Below, piece after piece: positions 54,052 to 64,000 of a stretch of 64,000 bases of DNA. Positions within the stretch are counted from its first letter, which is position 1. Every line of letters begins with the position of its first letter. The position numbers and the translations under genes are program-made. The notes below the pieces were generated by a model, which ran no database searches, was not told where the DNA came from, and worked only from the letters and a program-made list of their open reading frames with translations. Source of the DNA: Candidatus Culexmicrobium cathedralense (GTDB taxonomy: Archaea > Thermoproteota > Methanomethylicia > Culexarchaeales > Culexmicrobiaceae); contig JANZKC010000004.1 in NCBI GenBank assembly GCA_025061115.1, forward strand, positions 135,171 through 199,170, written 5' to 3'.

Positions 54052-55356
54052 ATGTCTGAGAAGCCACATTTAAACCTCGTAGTTATAGGGCACGTGGATC
54101 ACGGGAAGAGCACCTTGATGGGGCATTTGCTCTTCCTCACAGGTAACGTTGACGAGCGCACCATGAGGGCCCTGGAGGAAGAGTCTAAGAAGATTGGAAA
54201 GGAGTCCTTTAAGTTCGCTTGGATCATGGACAAGCTGAAGGAGGAGAGGGAGCGAGGCTTAACGATAGACTTGTCCTTCTGGAAGTTCGAGACTCCAAAG
54301 TACTACTTCACAATCATAGATGCGCCCGGGCACAGGGACTTCGTTAAAAACATGATTACAGGAGCTTCGCAGGCCGATGCTGCAGTTCTCGTGGTTTCGG
54401 CTAAGAGGGGCGAGTATGAAGCTGGAATGGGAGCTTCCGGGCAAACTAGGGAGCACGCATTCCTCGCCAAGACGCTTGGAGTTAATCAGCTGGTTGTAGC
54501 GATCAATAAGATGGACGATGCAACAGTGAACTGGAGCAAGGAGAGGTATGAGGAGGTTAAGCAGGGAGTTAGCAAGTTCCTTAGGATGATAGGCTACAAC
54601 GTTGCGAAGCTCCACTTCGTCCCAGTGTCAGCTTGGTATGGCGATAACATCGTAATTAAGAGCGAGAGAATGCCCTGGTACGACGGCCCCACACTGGTTG
54701 AAGCGCTAGACCAGTTTGAGCCGCCTCCAAGGCCTATTGACAAGCCGCTTAGAATTCCAATTCAGGACGTTTACACCATTACTGGAGTAGGCACAGTTCC
54801 CGTAGGTAGAGTTGAAACGGGCGTGCTGAAGGTTGGAGATCGCGTAGTGTTCATGCCTCCAAACAAGGCCGGCGAAGTGAAGTCAATTGAGATGCACCAC
54901 CAGAGAATTCCGAAGGCAATTCCTGGCGACAACATTGGATTTAACGTGAGGGGCGTTTCAAGAACCGACATTAGAAGAGGAGATGTATGCGGGCATACTT
55001 CAAATCCACCTACGGTTGCAGATGAATTCGTTGGAAGAATATTCGTGCTATACCACCCGACGGCTATAGCTGCAGGCTACACGCCAGTAATGCACGTTCA
55101 CACTGCAACTGTAGCTGTTAGGTTCGCCGAGCTCCTCAAGAAGATTGACCCGAGGAGCGGAGCTACGATCGAGGAGAAGCCCACCTACCTGAAGCAGGGT
55201 GACGCCGCTATAGTTAGGTTGAAGCCAATTAAGCCAGTGTGCGTTGAGAAGTACTCCGACTTCCCGCAGCTAGGGAGGTTCGCCGTTAGAGATATGGGCA
55301 GGACAATCGCAGCAGGCGTTGTGATGGAGATCACAGCTACGAAGGAAGTTAAGTAG
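54052..55356 (+). CDS. tuf: elongation factor 1-alpha
   Basis: [30 protein letters not shown]. Confidence 0.99.
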   Translation: MSEKPHLNLVVIGHVDHGKSTLMGHLLFLTGNVDERTMRALEEESKKIGKESFKFAWIMDKLKEERERGLTIDLSFWKFETPKYYFTIIDAPGHRDFVKNMITGASQADAAVLVVSAKRGEYEAGMGASGQTREHAFLAKTLGVNQLVVAINKMDDATVNWSKERYEEVKQGVSKFLRMIGYNVAKLHFVPVSAWYGDNIVIKSERMPWYDGPTLVEALDQFEPPPRPIDKPLRIPIQDVYTITGVGTVPVGRVETGVLKVGDRVVFMPPNKAGEVKSIEMHHQRIPKAIPGDNIGFNVRGVSRTDIRRGDVCGHTSNPPTVADEFVGRIFVLYHPTAIAAGYTPVMHVHTATVAVRFAELLKKIDPRSGATIEEKPTYLKQGDAAIVRLKPIKPVCVEKYSDFPQLGRFAVRDMGRTIAAGVVMEITATKEVK

Positions 55357-55382
55357 ATTAGGAGTAGGTAGAGGCTACAGCA

Positions 55383-55691
55383 ATGGTCAGGAAAGCTAGA
55401 ATTCGACTGACGAGCACCGACGCGAGAAAGCTCAATGAAGTATGCGAGCAGATCAAGCGTATTGCACAGAAGACCGGAGTCCGCATTTCAGGCCCAATTC
55501 CACTGCCAACTAAGCGCCTAGTTATAACAACCATGAGGACGCCCTGTGGAGAAGGCACGAAAACCTGGGATAAGTTTGAGCTCAGAATACACAAGAGGCT
55601 AATTGACATTGATGCTGATGAGAGGACCATGAGGCAGATAATGAGAATACGTGTACCAGATGATGTAAAAATTGAGATAGAACTTACATAA
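55383..55691 (+). CDS. rps10: 30S ribosomal protein S10 (uS10)
   Basis: [21 protein letters not shown]. Confidence 0.98.
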   Translation: MVRKARIRLTSTDARKLNEVCEQIKRIAQKTGVRISGPIPLPTKRLVITTMRTPCGEGTKTWDKFELRIHKRLIDIDADERTMRQIMRIRVPDDVKIEIELT

Positions 55692-55968
55692 GCTCTAATT
55701 CACATATTTCTTTTATTTCATGAGTATAGGTTAAATTTTACTTAATTTTGTTAGTAAATTTATCAAGTTTATCATTTTCAATGTGAATTCTAAGCTCCGC
55801 ATACTGCTTTCAGGTGTTTCTCTTTATCTGAGTTTGATTATGAGGAAGCGTTAAAAGATTTTCTGTAAGAAAAAGTTAGTGTTATTGAATTTTATTTGAA
55901 CTTTAACCATTTTCTGTTATACACTGTTTTGTTGGCGTGTTTGTGGAGAAAATTTAGGTAGGTTGTCT

Positions 55969-56907
55969 TCATTTAAGTTTATAATTTTTTCTTCTACTTT
56001 CTTTTGTTTTCACTATAAATTCGCAATATGGGTCTCCCATAGCTATGCATCTCACTTCTTCAGCTTTCATTTCTTTGGAGAATAATGATGTTAGATAACC
56101 AGCAAGTATTCCGCGGATGAAGTGACTATATGGTTTTCTGCTTCCTAAACCTAGTTCACATTCAAAAGAGTCATATAATCTCAGAGTTACGCTTGTATTG
56201 GAGGTATCAATATTTACAAGTTCTATTCGGCCAAGGCCAGCCCAGCTAAAAATATTTGCACCTAATTTATCAATGAGCGTTGCAACGTCTATTATACCGA
56301 GAGTCTTTCCAAGCTTTTTATGTGCTTCACCATATTTTAAACCTGAGCAGAATCCTGCATAATAAAGAAATGCTTCACCAGCTGTACCGAAGTATTTTCG
56401 TATGTCACAAAGCAGTCCTTCATAGCCTGGCTTAGAAAACACTATTGCCCTGTCTGACATTATTTGAATTCCATGTAGAGAATTCTTGATGAAAAGATTG
56501 TTTTTCACTGGAGAAATAACTTTTACATTTTCAACGTAACTTATTTTTCGCAATTCCTCTTTAATCTCTTCAGCTAAAATGTCAGCATCTGCTACGTTGA
56601 CAAAAGCTAATACCTTAATTATCCTCTCTTTTGGATTTGGGGTGAAAAAGGATACATAGGAAAGAGATGCATTATATTTGCGCAATCTGCGTGAAATCCA
56701 ATTTAAAACACTTGATTTTGCTTCTACCTCAATTATGAAGAGAATAACGTTTTCTTTTTTTATCCTGGATTTTTTGTTGAAGCTTGTGGGTGATGTTATT
56801 TCATTATTTAGATCTACTATTCTTTCTACTAACTCTCTGTTATCTGCCCATCTTCTAAGATGTCTACCACGTTTTCTGAAGCCTTCATTTTTATTTCTTT
56901 TAGGCAA
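55969..56907 (-). CDS. ACT + V4R domain sensor/regulator
   Basis: GLGRIEL, YDSFEC, HFIRGILAG, EVRCIAMGDPYCEF (V4R); ACT-like N-terminal half; true start uncertain. Confidence 0.8.
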   Translation of the reverse strand: MPKRNKNEGFRKRGRHLRRWADNRELVERIVDLNNEITSPTSFNKKSRIKKENVILFIIEVEAKSSVLNWISRRLRKYNASLSYVSFFTPNPKERIIKVLAFVNVADADILAEEIKEELRKISYVENVKVISPVKNNLFIKNSLHGIQIMSDRAIVFSKPGYEGLLCDIRKYFGTAGEAFLYYAGFCSGLKYGEAHKKLGKTLGIIDVATLIDKLGANIFSWAGLGRIELVNIDTSNTSVTLRLYDSFECELGLGSRKPYSHFIRGILAGYLTSLFSKEMKAEEVRCIAMGDPYCEFIVKTKESRRKNYKLK

Positions 56908-57104
56908 TTATTACACCCCAAGTGTTCTTTAATTTTCAGAATACTCAAGGGATAAAACAATTATTTAATAACATGTATGTATGCCCGCTTACAGACAACC
57001 GTTGAATTGGTTCATAAATTTTAAATCTTAATTTTTATCCAATAATTTAGTAAAAACTTGGATTTAACGTGGATTTAACATCAATTTGAGGGAGGCAACG
57101 AAAA

Positions 57105-57404
57105 ATGGCGAGGAGATCACGATTTGAAATTTATCTTGACATTTTAGAGGCAGTAGCAGAAGGCAACAAAAAGCCAACGCACATCATGTACCGGGCTAAC
57201 TTATCCTGGATAAGGTTGAAGAAATACTTGAATTTTCTAATTTCTCGAGGGCTTCTACGGCAGAGCACAAATGCATCAACATGCACCTTTTCACTAACTA
57301 GGAAGGGAAGAGAAGTTTTAGCATATTATAAAAGACTTGAAAGACTTTTCCATCGAGAAGAAAGAAAAGTGTTTTACCCAAAAATTTATGTTCGTTACAA
57401 CTAA
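57105..57404 (+). CDS. winged-helix transcriptional regulator (paralog 1)
   Basis: RRSRFEIYLDIL, PTHIMYRANLS, LTRKG. Confidence 0.88.
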   Translation: MARRSRFEIYLDILEAVAEGNKKPTHIMYRANLSWIRLKKYLNFLISRGLLRQSTNASTCTFSLTRKGREVLAYYKRLERLFHREERKVFYPKIYVRYN

Positions 57405-57857
57405 TCTTTTATAATTTTTTATCTTTATTTTTTCATCTGCTTCTTTTAATCAACAAAAAGCGTAGAGAGCACTGGATAGAGCTATAGCCTAAATAGCTTG
57501 ACGTGGACGAAATTTCCATGATATTAATACATGTTAACTTTTGGAGAGTTTTCATAATCTAATTTTTCCTTTTACTTTCACCTATAATTGTGTGTTTAGG
57601 TAGTGTTCCTAAATTACACACTTAACCACGAAGTTTAGCTTAAGACTTATTCAAATATATTTCTGTAAAAGGTGTCACTAGTAGTATGATTTTTAGGGAT
57701 CGTTTTTCTTAAGTAGAGAATCCTCAAATTTTATGAAAATTTTTACTGCGTCAAGGAAAAGGCTACGATTCTAACAATGCAACACACATTTCTTTAAAAC
57801 ATTGTTGTTGTTCACAACTTTAAAAATAGCTTCTGTAAGATATAAGACTGATGTGCC

Positions 57858-58130
57858 ATGAGAAGGTCAAAGCTAGAGATTTATATGGATGTATTGCGAA
57901 TTATAAGTAAAGGTTGCCATAAACCTACTCGTATAATGTATAGGAGCAATCTTTCGTGGAATCCTTTGTGTGAAGTGATGGATTTTCTAGTAAATCAAGG
58001 TGTTGTGAGAGTGAAGAAGTCTGGTAAGAAGAAAGAATATTATCTAACTGAAAAGGGAAGAGAAATTTTAAAATATTATGAGAAGCTTAAATTGATGCTT
58101 ATGGAGAAAACTGAATTTTCCCATGGATGA
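57858..58130 (+). CDS. winged-helix transcriptional regulator (paralog 2)
   Basis: RRSKLEIYMDVL, PTRIMYRSNLS, LTEKG. Confidence 0.88.
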   Translation: MRRSKLEIYMDVLRIISKGCHKPTRIMYRSNLSWNPLCEVMDFLVNQGVVRVKKSGKKKEYYLTEKGREILKYYEKLKLMLMEKTEFSHG

Positions 58131-58566
58131 TTTTTTCACTTGAAATGTTTAACTCTTCCTGTAAGAATTTCCTTATCTTCTCAGGATCTGGTTGAAGTTG
58201 AAAACGAATAGGCATTCCGCATTTTAAGCTTTTTTCTATATATCTCGGTATAACTTCTCTATATTCACATGTCATATTGCCATTTGATGCTATTATTCTT
58301 AGTTCATTATCAATTTGAAAAGATAGTATCTTAACGTCTTTACATAACCTTTTGAATTCCTCCCAGCTTTCGCATAGCACATATAAGTTCGAGTACCTAC
58401 CCTGTACTATCTGAGAATTTTTATATTTTTCGCTAGTTGATGTTTCTAACAGATTTCTGGATACATCATCTAGTCTTTCAATTAATGAATCCAAGGTCTT
58501 TTCATGTTCTCTTAACACGTTTATTATGAAGTCGATGGCGCTTATTCGATCCGACCCATCCGTCAT
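58099..58566 (-). CDS. hypothetical protein with N-terminal coiled coil
   Basis: IDFIINVLREHEKTLDSLIERL; RBS-like GGAGG upstream. Confidence 0.6.
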   Translation of the reverse strand: MTDGSDRISAIDFIINVLREHEKTLDSLIERLDDVSRNLLETSTSEKYKNSQIVQGRYSNLYVLCESWEEFKRLCKDVKILSFQIDNELRIIASNGNMTCEYREVIPRYIEKSLKCGMPIRFQLQPDPEKIRKFLQEELNISSEKIIHGKIQFSP

Positions 58567-58775
58567 CTTACTCTATCGCCTCCCCTCTATTTCGTCTTTA
58601 AATATTTATATACTTTCTCTATTAAACCCTTTATGCATTTAAAAATCAGAGTGATTTCTCATTTTTAAATTACGATTTTTAAAAACATTCAAAAATCTTA
58701 GAACGTGTTTTTTGCACATTGCCTACAACCATCACACTCGTTCACAATCGTATTTAGAGTGTTTTCTCTAGACGA

Positions 58776-59435
58776 TTGAATGAAAAAATAAAAGGAGATG
58801 GGGAAAAAGTGTTAAAGAAAATCAAATGCAGGCGAGGTATGCTAGGCGTTGAGGCCGCCATAATACTAATAGCTTTCGTCATTGTAGCTGCGGCTTTCAG
58901 CTTTATGGTAGTTAACATGGGTCTCTTCGCAACACAAAGAGGCAGAGATACAATAACTCAAGGTCTTCAAGAAGCAAGCACTCCCTTAACACTTGACGGA
59001 ACAATAATAGTCAAAGGAGATGGCACTAACGTAACTGACATAATAATACCGTTGAAGACTCTTGGCGTAAAATATGTTCCAATGGCAAACGAGACTACAG
59101 TAGTCTCTTTAAGAGTTGGAAATCATACTGCATATGCGAATATTTACGGTGGAATAGACGCAAAAACTTCTCCAAAAGGAAAAGATTTCGATGAACTGAT
59201 AGGTTTATTAGATGGGGATACTACTGCTGTACTCTTCGTAGAAAACTCTGATGGTGATGACTCACTATCCGCAAAAGAAAAAGGCCTCCTAATAATCCAC
59301 TTATCTGAAAGCGATGGAGCTGGCAAGAGACAGGCTGTTTTCATTGAAATTAGACCTGAGAAAGGTGCACCACTAACTATTGAATTCGTGGTTCCATCTG
59401 AGTTACAAGAAGGCTACATAACGATAGGGGGTTAA
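58776..59435 (+). CDS. flaB: archaellin, type A copy 1
   Basis: Class III signal peptide RRG/MLGVEAAIILIAFVIVAA. Confidence 0.92.
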   Translation: MNEKIKGDGEKVLKKIKCRRGMLGVEAAIILIAFVIVAAAFSFMVVNMGLFATQRGRDTITQGLQEASTPLTLDGTIIVKGDGTNVTDIIIPLKTLGVKYVPMANETTVVSLRVGNHTAYANIYGGIDAKTSPKGKDFDELIGLLDGDTTAVLFVENSDGDDSLSAKEKGLLIIHLSESDGAGKRQAVFIEIRPEKGAPLTIEFVVPSELQEGYITIGG

Positions 59436-59448
59436 GAGGTGACTAGAC

Positions 59449-60171
59449 ATGGAGAAAAGAGCTTGGTTGAGGAATAGGTTGGGTATAGTTGGTATTGAGG
59501 CTGCCATAGTGCTGATTGCCTTCGTTGTAATAGCAGCAGCACTAGCATACGTAGTAGTAAATATGGGCTTCTACTCATCGCAAGAAGCAAAGAGTACAAT
59601 AAGTCGTGGTATAACGGAAGCTACATCAGCTTTACAGTTGGATGGCTCTGTTATCGCCTATACCAATAGATCAAGTACTCGGGGAACATGTGTTCAGTAT
59701 CTTCTAATTCCAGTTAAGCTTTCCATTGGAAGGTCGAGCTTGGATCTCGCCAACACTACGACAGTTATCTCAGTGTGGGGAAGTAACCTGTTAAACATTT
59801 ACAGAGGAGTAGTCAATGAAACTGGTCCAGGCGGTCAAGCTGATGGTGCTGGGATTAACTTTGGCCTGCCAGAGGATCCATCAAACATGACTCAAATAAT
59901 TTATGAGTTATTTGTCAACGATGATACTGGCAATGCGTTAGGATGGAACGAAAGCGCTGCTTATATCATAATATACAATGATGATGGTGATGCAGTCTTA
60001 GAGAACTTTGAAAAAGCTTACATCGTCATAAACTTGGGTGATGAAGGATTCTGGATACCTGAATACAACAAAGTAAAGGTGGAGATTAAGACTGGGCAGG
60101 GCGCTGCGCTGGTCGTTGAGAGGCTGATTCCAGGCGGTTTACCAGTGGGTGAAGCGGTCGACCTAGGGTAG
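59449..60171 (+). CDS. flaB: archaellin, type B copy 1
   Basis: RLG/IVGIEAAIVLIAFVVIAA. Confidence 0.92.
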   Translation: MEKRAWLRNRLGIVGIEAAIVLIAFVVIAAALAYVVVNMGFYSSQEAKSTISRGITEATSALQLDGSVIAYTNRSSTRGTCVQYLLIPVKLSIGRSSLDLANTTTVISVWGSNLLNIYRGVVNETGPGGQADGAGINFGLPEDPSNMTQIIYELFVNDDTGNALGWNESAAYIIIYNDDGDAVLENFEKAYIVINLGDEGFWIPEYNKVKVEIKTGQGAALVVERLIPGGLPVGEAVDLG

Positions 60172-60298
60172 CTGTTAGTTCCTCCTCTTTTTATTTTTTA
60201 TGTTTCTAGAAACGCTATTTAAATGATAATTTTCCAAAAATATTTTGTCTCTTCATAAGGATTAAAATATTTAATGCTTCATTATATGATGAGATGAA

Positions 60299-61015
60299 AT
60301 GAAGGGAGGGCATCCTATCAAGTGTAAAAGGGCAATGGTAGGTCTAGAAGCCGCCATCGTCTTAATAGCTTTCGTCATTGTAGCTGCGGCTTTCAGCTTT
60401 ATGGTAGTTAACATGGGTCTCTTCGCAACACAAAGAGGCAGAGACGTAATTCAGCAGGGTATTCGAGAAGCTGGTTGTCCTTTAATGGTGGACGGCTCAA
60501 TACTTGTGAAGGCAAGTAATGAAACTGGAAAGGCGAAAGCGTTTATAATTCCTCTAAAGACTATGGGGACAAAATGGGTTTCCATGTGGAAAAATGAAAC
60601 TGTTGTATCTCTGATGATTGGAACTAAAGCTTGGGCTAATATTTATCAAGGTATTGGTGTTTATAATGGAACAGAGACGCAGATTGACCCTTCAGATTCT
60701 CTCTATGACACCATAATAGCTAATTTAACTAAGGGTTCTCCAAGTGAACCGCCAAGCTGGTGGGGGCAACTATATAGCAATGACACGGGGTCATACATCA
60801 CTGGCGCAGTCTTAGTTATTGAAAACAGTAATGGTGATAATGCTCTACAACATTATGAGAAAGGCTTTCTCATAATAATTTTAAGCCGGGATGATGAAGC
60901 ATTGTCAAGAGAAAGAGTTGTTATTGAAGTCAGACCTGAGAAAAGTGCACCTTTAACTTTAGAGTTTACAGTTCCCGAAGCATTGCCTGAAAATTCCTAT
61001 GTTATAGCGGGATAA
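60299..61015 (+). CDS. flaB: archaellin, type A copy 2
   Basis: KRA/MVGLEAAIVLIAFVIVAA. Confidence 0.92.
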   Translation: MKGGHPIKCKRAMVGLEAAIVLIAFVIVAAAFSFMVVNMGLFATQRGRDVIQQGIREAGCPLMVDGSILVKASNETGKAKAFIIPLKTMGTKWVSMWKNETVVSLMIGTKAWANIYQGIGVYNGTETQIDPSDSLYDTIIANLTKGSPSEPPSWWGQLYSNDTGSYITGAVLVIENSNGDNALQHYEKGFLIIILSRDDEALSRERVVIEVRPEKSAPLTLEFTVPEALPENSYVIAG

Positions 61016-61018
61016 GAA

Positions 61019-61675
61019 ATGAAATGGCTAAAAGTCTGGTTGAGGAATAGGTTGGGTATAGTTGGTATTGAGGCTGCCATAGTGCTGATTGCCTTCGTTG
61101 TAATAGCAGCAGCACTAGCAAGTGTAGTAATAAATATGGGCTTCTACTCATCGCAGAAGGCAAAGGAAACTATTAATCGTGGCTTATCAGAAGCTTCAAG
61201 TGCTCTTCAACTAGATGGGCATGTCATTGGTAAAACAAATAACATGCATCGTTTAACTATTCTTGTCATTCCAGTTAAGATTTCTGTGGCGAGATCTGAA
61301 GTGGATTTGAACCAGAATACCACAATAGTTTCAGTTTTTGGTGGGAATACAACCTTGTTAAATATATATAACGGTGTGGTAAATGAAACTGGTGTAGGCC
61401 TCGAAGAAGACCCTAAGAACTTAGACGAAATAATTTCAAGTATCTTTGACAATTCGTATGAGCCTGCAGCCTACTGCATAATATACAACGATGATGGCGA
61501 TAGCATCTTAGAAAATTTTGAGAAAGCCTTTTTTATAATCAACTTAGGCGCCTTTAGCTTACAAGAATATGATAAAGTCAAGATTGACATTAAACCTGGA
61601 GAAGGAACTGCCCTAACCATTATTTTAAATGTTCCAGGAGGACTGCCCCAGAACGATTATGTTGACCTTGGATGA
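61019..61675 (+). CDS. flaB: archaellin, type B copy 2
   Basis: RLG/IVGIEAAIVLIAFVVIAA. Confidence 0.92.
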   Translation: MKWLKVWLRNRLGIVGIEAAIVLIAFVVIAAALASVVINMGFYSSQKAKETINRGLSEASSALQLDGHVIGKTNNMHRLTILVIPVKISVARSEVDLNQNTTIVSVFGGNTTLLNIYNGVVNETGVGLEEDPKNLDEIISSIFDNSYEPAAYCIIYNDDGDSILENFEKAFFIINLGAFSLQEYDKVKIDIKPGEGTALTIILNVPGGLPQNDYVDLG

Positions 61676-61891
61676 TTCCCTGATTTCTTATTTTATAACT
61701 TGGTTTTCATGGTATTTTCGCTAGAGGTCATGTCTTTCCGTTAAATATTTTCAAGGTTAATAATTTGATACATTGATTTTTTTATAAACCAATGAAACGG
61801 TCCATATCCCCCGTACAAACAATCATTATTTTTGTTCATAATTCACTTATAGTATAAATTTATTAACTAATAATAGAACAGAGGTGAGAAA

Positions 61892-62170
61892 ATGAAAAAA
61901 CGCTCTAAACTGGAAATCTATCTCGACCTCCTAAAAGCTGTTTCTAAGCATAGTAGATTAACCCGCATTGGAAATCAAGCAAATCTTTCTTGGAAAGACA
62001 CTGTTAAACACTTAAGTTTCTTAGAAGAAAGAGGATTCGTAAAAGCTATAGAAAGAAATAATCAGAGGGAATATGTATTAACGCAGAGAGGATCAGAGGT
62101 GTTAGTGATATTAGAAAAAATAGCCAAGGCTCTATCTCGAAGAAGTCCAATGGTGCTCTCTCCAACATGA
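61892..62170 (+). CDS. winged-helix transcriptional regulator (paralog 3)
   Basis: KRSKLEIYLDLL, ANLSW, LTQRG. Confidence 0.85.
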   Translation: MKKRSKLEIYLDLLKAVSKHSRLTRIGNQANLSWKDTVKHLSFLEERGFVKAIERNNQREYVLTQRGSEVLVILEKIAKALSRRSPMVLSPT

Positions 62171-62488
62171 ACTCTGAAGGAACTCCATTAGAAACAGCTT
62201 TTCTTCTTCAGTTGGAGTCTTTATATTTGCTATAACCTCTCTTTTATCCATGTAAATTAAGCTTCTAAGTGTGATCTGAAATTGCAATCAAGGCTAATAG
62301 TAGAATTCTACATGCCTTTTCCAGTTATGGCTAGTGATACTGTCTATGAATTAACTTAGAAATTATGATTTTAACTTTCAAGACTATGGTATTTAATGAG
62401 CCATATAATATTTCATGGTTATCGTCCATGCCTAAAATTCATAATCTCTTTTATAATTATCTTTAATATTTAGCTTCAGTGATCTAAA

Positions 62489-63247
62489 ATGAGTGAAGAG
62501 TATGGCAACTATGAATCAATGAAAAGTGAGAGTAGAGTTGACAAATTAGAAAAAGAAATTGACAGGCTTAAAGCTGATGTTCAAAATTCTACAGAGGAGA
62601 TAAAACGAACTGTTGAGGATTTAAAAAAGGCTGTTGTTGACATCAGAGCAGCTGTTAGTGAAATTGAAAATCCCTTCAACTTGCTAAGAGTTATAACGAG
62701 TGAAAAGGACCTTGAAAGATTAGATAGAGTTCAACCCATAATTGAAAGGATGCAAGTTGTAAAAGAGAAAGAGGTTGAAAGAGAAAAAGAAAAGGAGACT
62801 ACTAATCTACATCAACCCCCTCAAATACCTGAAAAAAAGGTTGAAGAAACTTTAAAGCAAATTAAGGAGCAAGCTGCAGGAGTTGATTTAGAGATGTGGT
62901 CTCCAAGTTTCAAACAATGCTATTCTTTAATGAAATGGATTTACACGATGTTTGATCTAGGTTTTGATAAGGAAAGCTTAAAAAGAATCTGTCAGTACTG
63001 TGAATTCTTCGGTATTTTCCCCAAGGGTTCTACTGTTCCTATTTCCAGCATGATTGATGCTACCGCAAATGCTAAATCTAAGGGTCTTTCAGAGGACGAT
63101 ATTACACTAGCTATGTACTTGGCTGCTGAAATTTTCGGAGTTAACGTTGGATTTGAAAAAATCTACGAGCTAATAATTAAAATCCTTAAAAGAAATAGGC
63201 TAAGGAGGGCGGCGAGGCGAGATGGGGTTCTCAACAACGATAACTGA
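62489..63247 (+). CDS. archaellum accessory protein, FlaC/D/E-like
   Basis: N-terminal coiled coil ending ENPF (FlaC-like), LMKWI..L (FlaD/E-like); sits between flaB genes and flaG. Confidence 0.6.
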   Translation: MSEEYGNYESMKSESRVDKLEKEIDRLKADVQNSTEEIKRTVEDLKKAVVDIRAAVSEIENPFNLLRVITSEKDLERLDRVQPIIERMQVVKEKEVEREKEKETTNLHQPPQIPEKKVEETLKQIKEQAAGVDLEMWSPSFKQCYSLMKWIYTMFDLGFDKESLKRICQYCEFFGIFPKGSTVPISSMIDATANAKSKGLSEDDITLAMYLAAEIFGVNVGFEKIYELIIKILKRNRLRRAARRDGVLNNDN

Positions 63248-63719
63248 AATAATCCTGTTGATTGCATCAGTGGTTTTAGCAAGTGGAGTTTCAGCTCAGG
63301 CTATATATGCAGGCATGTCTTTGCAGAGCAACATTCTTCAGACCATGGATTGTGCTAAGCGAGACCTAAATATACGTATCAGTATAGGTTATGCTACTAT
63401 AAATGAAACAGTAACTCCGAAATACTTCATAATCTATGCAAAAAATACTGGTTTAATGCCCATCACTGACTTCTCAACTATAGATGTCTACGTAGGAGAG
63501 TATGGGCGGGTAATACTTTTCACATATAGTAGTAACGCAACTATTGGCAGTGGGAGCTTCAGCTTAACTACTGCTGATGGAGATGGAATATGGGAAATTG
63601 GTGAAACTGCAATTATAAAAGCTTATCCAAGTACTGATATTAATGCACCAATTTATGAAGTTAAAATTGTTCCGTTTCGAGGTATACCTTCCAGCTACCT
63701 ATTTCCTCCTCCGCCATAA
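63222..63719 (+). CDS. flaG: archaellum protein FlaG (ArlG)
   Basis: STTITEIILLIASVVLASGV, YAKNTG, WEIGET. Confidence 0.85.
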   Translation: MGFSTTITEIILLIASVVLASGVSAQAIYAGMSLQSNILQTMDCAKRDLNIRISIGYATINETVTPKYFIIYAKNTGLMPITDFSTIDVYVGEYGRVILFTYSSNATIGSGSFSLTTADGDGIWEIGETAIIKAYPSTDINAPIYEVKIVPFRGIPSSYLFPPPP

Positions 63720-63732
63720 GGAGGTAGCTTAA

Positions 63733-64000
63733 ATGGGTTTCTCGGTAGCCGCTGCATCAGCAGTTATCTTAATAGGTCTTATAACCTTTGTAAGTGTTGC
63801 GGCAGCCTCCTTACTCTATTCCTTGAATCAACTTACATTGTTATTGAATAAATCAGTAAAACAGGATACAGGAGTTCAAATTGAACTTCAAATAGTAAGT
63901 ATAAATGCTTCTTCTATAGAGTTCTATGTTAGAAATACTGGGTCAAAAACAATTTTCTTTAAAAATCAAGGCTTTAACTGGAACAGCGTTGTTGTTGCTT
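63733..64000 (+). CDS. flaF: archaellum protein FlaF (ArlF), runs off the window
   Basis: Hand translation MGFSVAAASAVILIGL..YVRNTGSKTI; GGAGGT RBS; follows flaG. Confidence 0.8.
   Translation, partial: MGFSVAAASAVILIGLITFVSVAAASLLYSLNQLTLLLNKSVKQDTGVQIELQIVSINASSIEFYVRNTGSKTIFFKNQGFNWNSVVVA

Overview
Archaeal chromosome segment, most likely from a TACK-superphylum lineage (single-ORF rpoB, split rpoA1/rpoA2, rps7-tuf-rps10 without fusA). All family calls come from motifs read by eye; no searches were run. (1) About 1-24.7 kb is an accessory/defence region. Its AT-rich centre (4.5-19.7 kb) holds two divergent operons. The left one encodes a DpdA-type 7-deazaguanine DNA transglycosylase fused to a YaaA/DpdC-like domain, a wHTH protein, a AAA ATPase and a second, divergent TGT-like protein. 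The right one encodes a ~1065-aa ATPase, a coiled-coil protein, a DEVH helicase, a DUF1998-like protein and a PLD nuclease (a DpdH-I-J(split)-K or DISARM DrmABC-like layout). This looks like a non-canonical archaeal deazaguanine restriction-modification system. A third, probably catalytically altered TGT-like barrel fused to a metallophosphoesterase lies nearby, in an operon with a LAGLIDADG-like protein, next to tRNA-Asp(GUC). (2) 24.9-28.3 kb: a duplicated membrane-protein gene and frameshifted genes. (3) 28.4-40.4 kb: TldD/PmbA and other peptidases, a cas-less 16-repeat CRISPR array, a second decayed leader plus repeat, and two VapBC modules. (4) 40.5-55.7 kb: the RNA polymerase/str superoperon, with rps12 and porGDAB inverted inside it. 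(5) 56-64 kb: an archaellum cluster with four archaellins, three paralogous wHTH regulators and FlaCDE-like/FlaG/FlaF genes.
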